This document shows positions 9,752-19,512 of a DNA stretch of 64,000 nt, piece after piece (positions within the stretch are counted from its first letter, which is position 1; the number at the start of each line of letters is the position of its first letter). The DNA is from Alphaproteobacteria bacterium (GTDB lineage: Bacteria > Pseudomonadota > Alphaproteobacteria > CAAHEQ01 > UBA3637), in contig SUUT01000003.1 in the NCBI GenBank assembly GCA_015062385.1, positions 76,066-140,065 on the forward strand, given 5' to 3'. A program made the translations under genes and the position numbers. Under the pieces are notes generated by a model that was not told where the DNA came from, ran no database searches, and saw nothing but the letters and a program-made list of their open reading frames with translations.

Positions 9752-12109
9752 TTAAATTGAACTACCATTCAAAACACAGTATTGTCCATCTAATGTCCGA
9801 TTAATGCAACTACACTTTGTTTCATCTCCTCCAACATCAATCGGTAGTGGTTCATTACATGGATGACAAATACCATTTTTGTCTTCTAGTGGTGCAATTT
9901 CCGAACAATAATCTCTTATACAAGAATTTACATTTAAACTTCTATTTCCACAAATATTGGAACACCTATATGTTGAATAAATTGCTTCTTGATATACGCT
10001 TTCATTATAATTGCAGGCGTAGCATTGTCCGTCGTATCGTGCTAATGGTTTATCCGCAACTGTTGTGCCGGTAACGCCACATAGAGCCGACCACGAACTA
10101 TTACCCCATGTTCCAACGATATACCGTTTCGGACAAGCTTTTTGAGCCTCTTCTTCTACGCCTTTTACATTAACACCGGCTTCTTCTTCACAGGAATAAC
10201 ATTTTCCGTCTTTATCTTTTAATGGTTTTCCGGTTGGGCAATCTTTTAAGACACAATAACCATTTTCCATTTTTCTATTCGGACAAACAGTGCTGCATTC
10301 TCCATTAATTGCATCGGGTGATACAGCTTGGTTATAATAACAATCGTGACAAGTGCCATTTGCATCTATAATTGGTTTTGGTTCTTCTCCTTCTAATTTA
10401 GGACATTTTGGATAACAATGATTAACACTTCCGTTTGAACGTTCATTTTTACATACGGATAAGCATTTATATTGCGAATAAATTGCTTCTTGATATACGC
10501 CATCATTATAATTACAAGCATAGCATTGTCCGTCATATCGTGCCAATGGTTTATCCGCAACTGTTGTTCCGGCAACGCCACATAGAGCCGACCACGAACT
10601 ATTACCCCATGTTCCAACGATATACCGTTTCGGACAAGCTTTTTGAGCCTCTTCTTCTACGCCTTTTACATTAACACCGGCTTCTTCTTCACAGGAATAA
10701 CATTTTCCGTCTTTATCTTTTAATGGTTTTCCGGTTGGGCAATCTTTTAAGACACAATAACCATTTTCCATTTTTCTATTCGGACAAACAGTGCTGCATT
10801 CTCCATTAATTGCATCGGGTGATACAGCTTGGTTATAATAACAATCGTGACAAGTGCCATTTGCATCTATAATTGGTTTGGGTTCTTCTGCTTCTAATTT
10901 AGGACATTTTAGGTAACAATGATTAACACTTCCGCATGAACGTTCATTTTTACATACGGATAAGCATTTATATTGCGAATAAATCGCTTCTTGATATACT
11001 TGACCACTATAATTACATGCATAACATTGTCCGTCGTATCGTGCTAATGGTTTATCTGCAACCGTTGTTCCGGCAACACCACATAGAGCCGACCACGAAC
11101 TACCACCCCATGTTCCAACGATATATCGTTTTGGACAAGCTTTTTCAGCCGAATTTTCTACGCCTTTTACATTAACACCTGTTGCTGTATCACAAGTATA
11201 ACATTTACCATTTGTATCCATTAAAGGTTTATTTTCATTACTCGTTCCTTTTAATCCGCACTTTAAAACACAGTATTTTTTAGAACCGGATACTAACCGA
11301 TTGGAACAAACCGCACAATTTTCTACCATTCCCTCCACATTCACTTGTGTTTCATCATCACACGCATAACAATTTCCATCTTTATCTCTAAGTGGCTTAT
11401 CTGCCGGACAACATTTATTGTTTGAATCGCAACACTCTCCATTTTCTCCGACATGTGTACAACACAAGCCACTTACGATACTCTCTTTTAAGCAACACAT
11501 CCAAGAATTGGGATTATCATAGCTTTTGGCACATCCGCTATTTTCAGGACACATTGTTTTACATAAGCCTTGTTCACACGTGGCACATTTGCAATCATTA
11601 TCCCGATAACACCGCCATGTTTCATGTCGTTCTTCTTCCTCTATATATTTCTTTTCCGTTAAGTCATCTTTAAATTCATAGGCTAGTGTGACAGTTTCCG
11701 CTTCATTACAAATGCTTGCATCAATTTCATATTCGGTTGTGCCGACAAAAATAGAATAAGGGATTGTCCATTGTGATTTTAACAGTTGCCGACAAACACC
11801 ACTGGGAACTTCATCTAAAAACACTTCAAAGTAATCTGCGTACTGCGGGCTGATACGAGCTCGAATCGGGTAGCCCATACGGGTATGGTCACCCATTTCA
11901 TCTACGGATAATTCAATTATTCCATTCAACATTTGACGGGATAAATCAGCGACTCGAATCTGTAATTCATTCAGTGTTTCATTTGCCCGATATTTATCCA
12001 TAGCGAACCGATATCCCATTATACCACCGACACTTAATACGCCGGTAACGGCAAGCACACCAAGCATTTCTACCATACTCCGACCGATTTCATTGAATTT
12101 AACTTTCAT
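9752..12109 (-). CDS. giant cysteine-rich protein with type IV prepilin-type leader (paralogue 2)
   Basis: 785 aa. MKVKFNEIG/RSMVEMLGVLAVTGVLSVGG leader. Conserved ~140-aa head, then Cys-rich modules including internal 167-aa tandem repeats. Confidence 0.85.
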   Translation of the reverse strand: MKVKFNEIGRSMVEMLGVLAVTGVLSVGGIMGYRFAMDKYRANETLNELQIRVADLSRQMLNGIIELSVDEMGDHTRMGYPIRARISPQYADYFEVFLDEVPSGVCRQLLKSQWTIPYSIFVGTTEYEIDASICNEAETVTLAYEFKDDLTEKKYIEEEERHETWRCYRDNDCKCATCEQGLCKTMCPENSGCAKSYDNPNSWMCCLKESIVSGLCCTHVGENGECCDSNNKCCPADKPLRDKDGNCYACDDETQVNVEGMVENCAVCSNRLVSGSKKYCVLKCGLKGTSNENKPLMDTNGKCYTCDTATGVNVKGVENSAEKACPKRYIVGTWGGSSWSALCGVAGTTVADKPLARYDGQCYACNYSGQVYQEAIYSQYKCLSVCKNERSCGSVNHCYLKCPKLEAEEPKPIIDANGTCHDCYYNQAVSPDAINGECSTVCPNRKMENGYCVLKDCPTGKPLKDKDGKCYSCEEEAGVNVKGVEEEAQKACPKRYIVGTWGNSSWSALCGVAGTTVADKPLARYDGQCYACNYNDGVYQEAIYSQYKCLSVCKNERSNGSVNHCYPKCPKLEGEEPKPIIDANGTCHDCYYNQAVSPDAINGECSTVCPNRKMENGYCVLKDCPTGKPLKDKDGKCYSCEEEAGVNVKGVEEEAQKACPKRYIVGTWGNSSWSALCGVTGTTVADKPLARYDGQCYACNYNESVYQEAIYSTYRCSNICGNRSLNVNSCIRDYCSEIAPLEDKNGICHPCNEPLPIDVGGDETKCSCINRTLDGQYCVLNGSSI
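9983..11175 (-). repeat. in-frame tandem repeat, period 501 bp, ~2.4 copies
   Basis: The sequence starting ccacatagagccgaccacgaac at 10077 recurs at 10578. Partial copies flank both sides. Units are nearly identical by eye. Confidence 0.9.
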
Positions 12110-12134
12110 CTTTTTCCCCTCTCACAGTATAAAA

Positions 12135-12308
12135 GTTGCATTTATAAAGTGAGTGTAATAAAAGGGACCTTTTTTTCCCGCTTCGAATCAGAAGAATCAG
12201 ATTTTTGAGAAAATGAAAGATTATTGTTTGAGTTGAATTAGTTAGTCAAAATCAAAAAAATTGCTAAAATGTGAAAAAAAATGTTGCATTTATACGTCCC
12301 TTTTTTTA
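12135..12308 (-). promoter_or_regulatory. conserved 5' cassette of the pilin-like gene family (copy 2)
   Basis: Reverse complement aligns with 4947-5120 along its whole length. Confidence 0.8.
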
Positions 12309-12331
12309 CGGATAAAAATACCAAAAACTTT

Positions 12332-12360
12332 CCCCCCCGTTATTCATCTAACGGGGGGGG
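12332..12360 (-). terminator. GC hairpin terminator downstream of the MORN-repeat gene
   Basis: cccccccgtta-ttcatc-taacgggggggg. On the minus strand it is followed by a T-rich run. Confidence 0.55.
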
Positions 12361-12380
12361 AGGGAGCTTATTTTATTTAT

Positions 12381-13472
12381 CTATTCACAAACTTCTTTGT
12401 CATTAACAAGTTTACAAGTTTGAATAACTTTTCCGGCACTATCAAATGTTTGAGAAATTTGTTTTTTGCCATCTTCAAAAACGGTTCGTCTTAACAAAAT
12501 GCCATTTTTATCAAATGTTTGTGATAATCCGTGTGGTTTTCCGTTCCAAAATTCATATTCCTCAGATACAACATTATTAGCACTAAAAACTCGATATGTG
12601 CCGGAAATCGGTTGTTTTGTTTCTTTATCATAAACCAATCCATTTTGCTGATACGTATTTTGAGGCGTATGAATCATCGTTTTTGAGTTTAATTCAATGA
12701 TTTGTTTTGCCGTTAAAGGAACTTCTTTGCCGTCTTGTACAAGAATACCACTGATAACTTGTCCGTCATTATAAATTCTTTTTTGTGCCAATGTTCCATC
12801 TTCATTGAAATTAACACTTTCGCCATCGAGTCTATTTTTAACAAAATGCATCTCAAACTGAGGATTGCCGTTCGGATAAAATGTTTTTGAAACACCTTCA
12901 CGTTCATTGTTCACAAAATGACTAACTGAACGAATTGTTCCGTCTGCATAATATTCTCTTGCCTCGCCATTTAATAAATTATTTTTATAAAGTGATTCGG
13001 ATTTTGTTTTTCCGGAATCATAATAGTTAATCCGAGGACCATTCAACAAATCATCCTGATAAATTTCTGTTAAATACAGTTTTCCGTTTGGATAATATGC
13101 TGTAAATTGTCCGTTTAATTTGTTATTTTTATAGGTTGCTTCAGCAATTAAACGTCCGTTTTCATCATACTTTTTAAATGCCCCATCTTTAATGTTGTTT
13201 TTGAATACGATTGTATGTTCAGTTGCTCCATTTTCGAAAAATCCGACTGATTCGCCATTTAAAACTCCGTTTTCAAAGGTACTGGCTGCTCGTTTTGCTC
13301 CACTTGGAAAGGTTCGAATCAATGTTCCTGTTAAGGGTTGTTGTGTTTCTTTTAAATAAAAAATTTCTCCTTTTTTTTCAACAGCCGATGCCGAATAATC
13401 TACTGCAAGTGCAATTGAACTGAAACAAGTACTTGCAAATAAAGCAAGAGACAGAAGAACGGTATTTTTCAT
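12381..13472 (-). CDS. MORN-variant (YwqK-like) repeat protein, secreted
   Basis: Signal peptide plus about ten repeats of the pattern Y..NG.....(Y/F).(N/D)..(L/K).G. Confidence 0.75.
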   Translation of the reverse strand: MKNTVLLSLALFASTCFSSIALAVDYSASAVEKKGEIFYLKETQQPLTGTLIRTFPSGAKRAASTFENGVLNGESVGFFENGATEHTIVFKNNIKDGAFKKYDENGRLIAEATYKNNKLNGQFTAYYPNGKLYLTEIYQDDLLNGPRINYYDSGKTKSESLYKNNLLNGEAREYYADGTIRSVSHFVNNEREGVSKTFYPNGNPQFEMHFVKNRLDGESVNFNEDGTLAQKRIYNDGQVISGILVQDGKEVPLTAKQIIELNSKTMIHTPQNTYQQNGLVYDKETKQPISGTYRVFSANNVVSEEYEFWNGKPHGLSQTFDKNGILLRRTVFEDGKKQISQTFDSAGKVIQTCKLVNDKEVCE

Positions 13473-13614
13473 TATAAGCCCTTTCCTTTTGTTAAAATAA
13501 TCAGATGAATTTTATCGTATTCTTTTTTTTATAGCTTTTCAAGCAGAAAATGAGACTCCTCTCTATTTTTTAAAAACAGCTAAAACCTAAAAAATTGTTT
13601 ATATGAATCCTGTT

Positions 13615-13833
13615 TTAACCAACATCATTTTCATATCGTTGGCGAAATTCGTTTAAAATATAAACCCGCAAAGAACTGGATAAGTTACTTGTTCGGGTAT
13701 TATCTATCTGAATAATTAATTTGCGAACCGATGTATTTTTTTGTTGGGCAATTTGTTGTAACGCTTGCCAAAATTCAGGTTCTAAAGAAATGCTGGTTCT
13801 ATGTCCGGTAAGTTGAATGGATTTTTTTTGCAT
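13615..13833 (-). CDS. ribbon-helix-helix domain protein (RHH_4-like)
   Basis: 72 aa. GHRTSISLEPEFWQAL...NLSSSLRVYIL matches my recollection of the alphaproteobacterial RHH family. Confidence 0.6.
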   Translation of the reverse strand: MQKKSIQLTGHRTSISLEPEFWQALQQIAQQKNTSVRKLIIQIDNTRTSNLSSSLRVYILNEFRQRYENDVG

Positions 13834-13840
13834 ATGTGAC

Positions 13841-14269
13841 CTATTTCTTTCTTAATTTTCTAACTTCATCAATGCTGATAATTTTGGCACAGTGTACGGT
13901 AGATGATTCAGCTTGTTTTTCTGCCGCCTTTTCGGGAATTAATGCCAAACCGAACTGATGATTGGGATCGGCAAATGCTTTTAAGGCAATAAACGGAACA
14001 CAAACGGTTGACAGAACACCGCCAAAAGATACATCTGCTTGGATATCCGTATCCGTTACAATTAAATTTTCAAATTGATTCTCAAAAACAAGTGTAATTT
14101 CTTCCGGATATTTTACCCGCACAAATTCGGGTAAAACAACGTCCGGTCGATTGGTTTCAAAAGTCAGATAGTATGCACAGTTTTGTTGTAATCCGTTTTG
14201 GGCTACGTCTGTTAAAATATCATGAACCGTTGTGCGAAATGCTTTTTGTAAATAGGGTGTATAATCCAT
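13841..14269 (-). CDS. sspB: ClpXP adaptor SspB (alpha-type)
   Basis: 142 aa. YYLTFETNRPDVVLPEFVRVKYPEEITLVFENQF...VPFIALKAFADPNHQFGL follows the SspB core pattern. Lies next to ssrA. Confidence 0.75.
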   Translation of the reverse strand: MDYTPYLQKAFRTTVHDILTDVAQNGLQQNCAYYLTFETNRPDVVLPEFVRVKYPEEITLVFENQFENLIVTDTDIQADVSFGGVLSTVCVPFIALKAFADPNHQFGLALIPEKAAEKQAESSTVHCAKIISIDEVRKLRKK

Positions 14270-14413
14270 AATAATATCTCCATATATTTTTCGAATTTAT
14301 TATACTCATTTTTATTTGTTTTTCAAGGAAAAATTATTGTTTTTTAAACATATATATGTATGAAAATAAAAAAAATACTTTATTTTTATCTAAACAAAAA
14401 CACTGTTTCAGAT

Positions 14414-14712
14414 AAAAAAAGACAGGGTATCCTGTTGCTGGGAACCCTGCAAACCCCACCGCCCCGCTCAATATGGAGACGGAATTAATGGCCAGAAGCT
14501 ACTCAAATTAAGCAGCTAAAGCGGCCGGAGCAAAATTATCATTTGCGTTTATATTTTCAGCCCGATAACGGTGGTACAATACCGGATACAAGAGAAAGCC
14601 TTTATTATGCGTGTCGATCCTATTTCACCCCCATTAGCTTATTTGGTGGAGGTGTCGGGTACCGCCCCCGAGTCCACAGACATCTATTCTGCTTTTCGTT
14701 TAGCATCATAGC
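14414..14712 (-). ncRNA. ssrA: two-piece (circularly permuted) tmRNA
   Basis: On the minus strand the T-arm TCGGG-GGCGGTA-CCCGA and 3' acceptor strand CACCTCC-ACCA end at 14644. An 11-nt linker follows. GGGGGTG at 14632-14626 pairs with CACCTCC. The tag ORF GCA AAT GAT AAT TTT GCT CCG GCC GCT TTA GCT GCT TAA (14546-14508) encodes ANDNFAPAALAA. A terminal hairpin with T7 ends at 14414. The 5' end is approximate. Confidence 0.85.
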
Positions 14713-14791
14713 CGATTAATATCGGCAAATATTATTATAACAATATTTTATTTGAAAAACAAGTTTTATATGCGATTAATGTATAGAAAAA

Positions 14792-15904
14792 TTAATCAAC
14801 ATCCGGCAATAACAGTAAAATAAGTTGATTGAGCATTAAAAAACCTGTTTCAGTCGGATAAAACAAATTGTTTTTGATTGTTCCCCATTTATATTGAATT
14901 GCTTTTTGAATGCCGATTTCATTTAATAATCGACAAGGAAACCCTTCCTCCATTAATCGAAGTCCCATTAAAATGCGTTCTTCCTGTTTTTCTTGATCAG
15001 TTAATAATACACAATTTGGAAGATTTTTTATCCATTGCTGAACAGAGCGAGGATTTTGGGTTGCTAATTTACCGATACGCCCATGTGCCGCCGGTCCAAT
15101 TCCCAAATAATTTTCACCTCTCCAATAAGTTAAATTATGTATGCATTGATTATTTTTGTGGGCATAATTTGAAATTTCATAGGGCGGACAATTATTTTTT
15201 CGCATAATTTCATTTGTTTTTAAGTAAAAATCAGCACAAAGTGAATCATCCGGAATTTGAACACATTGTTGAAAAAACGGAGTTCCTTCTTCAATCGTCA
15301 ACTGATAAAGCGAGTAATGGGACAATCCTAAATCAAGAGCTTGATTGAGTTCTTTTTCCCAATTTTCCAGTGTTTGATTCGGACGGGCATAAATTAAATC
15401 CATATTAACTGCCGAAAAAACTTCTTGTGCTTCCCGAATTCTTTGCAATGCTGTTTGAACAGAATGCCGACGTCCCAAAAATTTCAAATCATCTTCATTT
15501 AAAGATTGTACCCCCAGGGATAAACGGGTTACCCCTCCTTTTTGAAACTGTATCATTTTTTCATAATCAATGGCGTCCGGATTGGCTTCTAACGTTATTT
15601 CAACAGCATCGGAAAAAACAAATTGACCTTTTAAAAATGACATCAATTCCGCAAAAAATTCAATCGGCATGAGAGATGGTGTTCCGCCACCAAAAAAAAT
15701 ACTTGTGACCGGCGTTTGAAGTACATCTTGATTTTTAAAAAACAAAACATCACGTTTATAAGTGTTTAACAATTCAGTGTAATCCGTTTGAGTTGAAACA
15801 TGGCTGAAAAAATCACAATACGGGCATTTTGACAAACAATACGGCCAATGAATATAAATTCCGAAGAGAGGATTTGATAAAGGTAACATAACGCCTCTTG
15901 ACAT
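14792..15904 (-). CDS. hemW: radical SAM heme chaperone HemW (HemN-like)
   Basis: 370 aa. YIHWPYCLSKCPYCDF radical-SAM CxxxCxxC motif and HemN-like C-terminus. Confidence 0.9.
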   Translation of the reverse strand: MSRGVMLPLSNPLFGIYIHWPYCLSKCPYCDFFSHVSTQTDYTELLNTYKRDVLFFKNQDVLQTPVTSIFFGGGTPSLMPIEFFAELMSFLKGQFVFSDAVEITLEANPDAIDYEKMIQFQKGGVTRLSLGVQSLNEDDLKFLGRRHSVQTALQRIREAQEVFSAVNMDLIYARPNQTLENWEKELNQALDLGLSHYSLYQLTIEEGTPFFQQCVQIPDDSLCADFYLKTNEIMRKNNCPPYEISNYAHKNNQCIHNLTYWRGENYLGIGPAAHGRIGKLATQNPRSVQQWIKNLPNCVLLTDQEKQEERILMGLRLMEEGFPCRLLNEIGIQKAIQYKWGTIKNNLFYPTETGFLMLNQLILLLLPDVD

Positions 15905-15966
15905 TTTAAAAAAAACGGGTTAAGCTGAATTTCTAGGTTAAATTTTATAACAGGAAAGAAAAAACA

Positions 15967-16515
15967 ATGCAAATATTAATTTCCGGACAACAAATCAATT
16001 TAGGGGATAATTTCCGTGTTTATGCCGAAGGGGCATTGGATACGGCTGTTTCCAAGTATTTTGACGAAGCCGTTAGTGCTGATATTAAAGTAACAAAAGA
16101 AGGAACAGATATTAAAACAGAAGTGACTGTTCACCCAAAAACAGGGGCAATCATTCGTTCTTCTGCAATTTCTGCTGATGCTTATGCATCATTAGATGGG
16201 GCTGTTTCTCGTATTTCCAGACAATTACGTAAATATAAAAATCGTATTGTGGATCATAAGGCTCCCGTTATTGAAATGGTAGATATGTCTGTTATCGAAA
16301 CATCCATTGAAACGGAAGAAGTCGGTGATGCCCCGATTATTATTGCCGAAATGCAAACACAATTACCGGTGTGTACCGTCAGTGAAGCCGTTATGAAAAT
16401 GGATTTGGAAGGCTTGTCTGCTTTGATGTTTAAAAATACGGCTCATGGTGGATTAAACATGGTCTATCGTCGTTCAGACGGCAACATCGGTTGGGTTGAC
16501 CCGAAACAAAAATAG
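15967..16515 (+). CDS. hpf: ribosome hibernation promoting factor (long HPF)
   Basis: 182 aa. S30AE/RaiA N-domain plus C-terminal dimerisation domain (MVYRRSDGNIGWV). Confidence 0.9.
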   Translation: MQILISGQQINLGDNFRVYAEGALDTAVSKYFDEAVSADIKVTKEGTDIKTEVTVHPKTGAIIRSSAISADAYASLDGAVSRISRQLRKYKNRIVDHKAPVIEMVDMSVIETSIETEEVGDAPIIIAEMQTQLPVCTVSEAVMKMDLEGLSALMFKNTAHGGLNMVYRRSDGNIGWVDPKQK

Positions 16516-16523
16516 GTCAAACA

Positions 16524-16985
16524 ATGCAAATTTGTGATATATTATCAAAGACTTGTATTGTTGTAAATAAAGAACCGAACAACAAGAAGCAGGTTTTAGA
16601 ACAATTGGCTGAATTTGCCACCAAACAAACAGGTGTTGAAACCAACGTTATTTTAGATGCGTTGATTGAACGGGAACGTTTGGGAACAACGGGGGTTGGT
16701 CGTGGTGTTGCGTTGCCACATACACGGTTAATCGGATTAAACAAAATCTTTTGTGCTTTTATGAAAACGACACCGATTGATTTTGAATCCGTTGACGGCA
16801 AATTGGTTGATTTGGTTTTCTTGTTGCTTGTACCCGAAGAAGCCGGAGCCGACCATTTAAAGGCTTTGGGGCATTTGTCTCGTTTGTTAAGGGATGATTC
16901 AATTGCCAATCAATTGCGAATGGCAAATACAATTGACGGGTTATATCAGATTATTACGGAAAATGATTCCGCAGAAGATGCCTAA
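16524..16985 (+). CDS. ptsN: PTS IIA-like nitrogen regulatory protein PtsN
   Basis: 153 aa. RERLGTTGVGRGVALPH active-site His motif. hpf-ptsN synteny. Confidence 0.9.
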   Translation: MQICDILSKTCIVVNKEPNNKKQVLEQLAEFATKQTGVETNVILDALIERERLGTTGVGRGVALPHTRLIGLNKIFCAFMKTTPIDFESVDGKLVDLVFLLLVPEEAGADHLKALGHLSRLLRDDSIANQLRMANTIDGLYQIITENDSAEDA

Positions 16986-16999
16986 ATTGAAAGATAAAG

Positions 17000-17034
17000 G
17001 AACCTCTGGCTTTTCAGCGGAGGTTCTTTTTTTT
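17000..17034 (+). terminator. rho-independent terminator after ptsN
   Basis: gaacctc...gaggttc hairpin followed by T8. Confidence 0.7.
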
Positions 17035-17054
17035 GCCTTTTTGATGAGGATAAA

Positions 17055-17504
17055 ATGAAAAAAATTGAACTTTATACCGATGGAGCTTGCTCCGGAAATC
17101 CCGGAAATGGTGGTTGGGGATATTTATTAAAGTATCGGGATGTTCAAAAAGAAAATTATGGGGGATTACCTCAAACAACAAATAATCAAATGGAGTTGAC
17201 AGCCGTTATTGAAGGGCTAAAAGCATTAAAAGAGCCATGTCATATTGATTTATACACCGATAGCAAATATGTTTTGGAAGGAGCCACAAAATGGCTTGTC
17301 GGATGGAAAGAAAAAGGTTGGAAAAAGGCAGATAAAAAAACGGTCTTAAATCAGGAACTTTGGCAAGAACTTGATTCATTATTATCACAACATCAAATAG
17401 AGTGGCATTGGGTTAAAGGACATGCGGGTCATCCCGAAAATGAAAGAGTTGATAAGCTGGCTTGTCAAGGACGAGATTTATTTGCCCCCAAATCAAAACA
17501 GTAA
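17055..17504 (+). CDS. rnhA: ribonuclease HI
   Basis: 149 aa. [24 protein letters not shown] and [17 protein letters not shown] motifs. Confidence 0.95.
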   Translation: MKKIELYTDGACSGNPGNGGWGYLLKYRDVQKENYGGLPQTTNNQMELTAVIEGLKALKEPCHIDLYTDSKYVLEGATKWLVGWKEKGWKKADKKTVLNQELWQELDSLLSQHQIEWHWVKGHAGHPENERVDKLACQGRDLFAPKSKQ

Positions 17505-17512
17505 TGTTTTTT

Positions 17513-19435
17513 TTATTTTAATAAACCGATTTGTACAAGATATTTTTTCCAATCAGCTATTTCCAAATAGGTATTAGGAATATAAATTCCGTTTGGATAT
17601 GTTGGACTATATAAGATATTAAAAGAAATTCCGTTTGTGGAATTATAGTAGTGGGATAATTTTTTACCAATACTATTTGTCTGATCAGCCGTCATCAATA
17701 AAAGATTTTCATTTTGTACAAATGATTCTGTCGGATAGAGGTATTTTGCACTTAACTGATTAGCCATACAGGTAATACATGGATTTTTCTGAACGGAAAC
17801 GAAAACACTTTTATTATCTTGAAGTGCAGTTTTCAATGCCGATTCGGTAAAATTATTTTGAGGTGGAAAAAGTGTTAAATAAAGTAATAAACTTGTCCAT
17901 CCCAGCAGTATAATTAAAGGCAAACGAATAAGTTTATTTAACGGTTTTTGAGCTTGTTCTAATGCTTGAAAAAATTGTGGACATTTTTGGAGTAGTAAAA
18001 AGGGAAGAATACAACAAAATCCCCACCAAGCGGATAAAACAAATGCCATAATCGAATATCTCGGAAATGTTAAAAAATATTCATATAAGTATGGATACGG
18101 CATTAAAAGCAAAAAAACAAATGCTTTTTTAATCTGAACAAACGGATGCCATAATAAATACAAGAGAATTCCGAGTTGAACAATTAGCAAAATCGGATGT
18201 AACATTATATTACCAAGAGGTACATTTGCATACAACAGAATCCCCAAAACTAACGCAACTAAAACACCTAATTGTTTAATAATTTTAATAATTTTCTTTA
18301 ATTCTTGATGGTTTTGAGGACGAATTGACCAAAATAACAAATAAAAAACAGAAAAGAACAGCAATATAAAACCGCTTAACAAGGCATTGAACCAGCTAAA
18401 CATCGGCGGAATTGTTTCAAAAGGTTTTTTATCCGGAAAAATTGTTGTTTCATACCAATTATCAGGCGTTAACAGTTTTAACATTAGCGGTTGCGTAAAC
18501 TCAATGTTTGTATCGGACTGGATAAGTACAATAGCTTTATTTTTGTGAATAACTTTTTTTTGAATTTGAAAAGAGAACTCATTATCAATTTTAAGTTCAA
18601 AATCCTTGATATTATGTGGATAAGTCACAATTATCTGTAATTGATTGTTAATCCCATGAGCAAGTACTTGTACATTTTGAGGTAAAGGTGTTGTTGATTT
18701 ATTTATTTCACTTAAAATAGCCGGACAAATATCCGTTTGATACCCTTTTCCGTTATCAACCGTTAATTGATATAATTGTGTGTGTGTAATACAATTATTT
18801 TGTTTACAAGCTGTTAAAGCAATTTCTTTTTCCATATGAAACGGTTTAAGCGGATTTATTAATTGATAAATAATCGGAAATAAAACGGATGATTCGTACG
18901 TTTGTGAATGCTTACGATTCAAACGTAGCGGGTACAAAATGGTTTCTTGCTCTATTGCCGTTGATGTCTGCAACGGAATATTTGGTTTTTTTAAAGACCA
19001 ATCAGGATTTAATTGAACATGTAAGGCGGTAATTAACGTATTTTGATTGTTTAAATTACCCATACAAGAGACAAGACCCGCTGAACCGAAATCAAAGGAG
19101 TGTTTTTTGCCCAAGCCCTTTTCTCCAGTTAAAATACCGGCATCCTTTGTTCCTAAAAAAAACAGAGTATATAAATTCATATTTTCCGGTTTATCGACAA
19201 GAGATATATCTGCCGGCGTTTGATTTTTAGCCATTTCGATTTTTTTGCTATTGAGGTGTTTTAAAAACTCTAATTTCTCCATCCAGCCTTGTGGTTGCTG
19301 TTCGGATGTTGTCACATTTACGGTGTTTGTTAGCGGAACTTGTGGTGTGTTTTCTGTTAACACATCATTTTCGGCAAATAAATTTGTCGGTAAAAATGAT
19401 AAAATCAGAAAAAAAAGATAAAAAACGCACTTCAT
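17513..19435 (-). CDS. multi-pass membrane protein with C-terminal thioredoxin-like CxxC domain (DsbD/ScsB-like, tentative)
   Basis: 640 aa. Signal peptide, periplasmic N-domain, ~6-8 TM segments, C-terminal VSVQKNPCITCMANQ thioredoxin-like motif. The canonical DsbD TM cysteines are not obvious. Confidence 0.4.
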   Translation of the reverse strand: MKCVFYLFFLILSFLPTNLFAENDVLTENTPQVPLTNTVNVTTSEQQPQGWMEKLEFLKHLNSKKIEMAKNQTPADISLVDKPENMNLYTLFFLGTKDAGILTGEKGLGKKHSFDFGSAGLVSCMGNLNNQNTLITALHVQLNPDWSLKKPNIPLQTSTAIEQETILYPLRLNRKHSQTYESSVLFPIIYQLINPLKPFHMEKEIALTACKQNNCITHTQLYQLTVDNGKGYQTDICPAILSEINKSTTPLPQNVQVLAHGINNQLQIIVTYPHNIKDFELKIDNEFSFQIQKKVIHKNKAIVLIQSDTNIEFTQPLMLKLLTPDNWYETTIFPDKKPFETIPPMFSWFNALLSGFILLFFSVFYLLFWSIRPQNHQELKKIIKIIKQLGVLVALVLGILLYANVPLGNIMLHPILLIVQLGILLYLLWHPFVQIKKAFVFLLLMPYPYLYEYFLTFPRYSIMAFVLSAWWGFCCILPFLLLQKCPQFFQALEQAQKPLNKLIRLPLIILLGWTSLLLYLTLFPPQNNFTESALKTALQDNKSVFVSVQKNPCITCMANQLSAKYLYPTESFVQNENLLLMTADQTNSIGKKLSHYYNSTNGISFNILYSPTYPNGIYIPNTYLEIADWKKYLVQIGLLK

Positions 19436-19512
19436 ATTGGTAATATAGCAAAAAAAAACTTGATTGTCTTGTAAAAAATGTGTAAATTACACCTGTTTAT
19501 ATTAATATTTTA

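Noticed and set aside
9983-11175. The regular repeat could in principle be taken for a CRISPR-like or satellite array.
   Set aside because: The period is 501 bp, units are contiguous without spacers, and the whole array is in frame inside a long ORF. It is a coding tandem duplication.
12332-12360. The C7/G8 homopolymer hairpin could be a phase-variable tract.
   Set aside because: It is intergenic, forms a perfect stem followed by a T-run on the minus strand, and sits right after a stop codon. A terminator is the simpler explanation.
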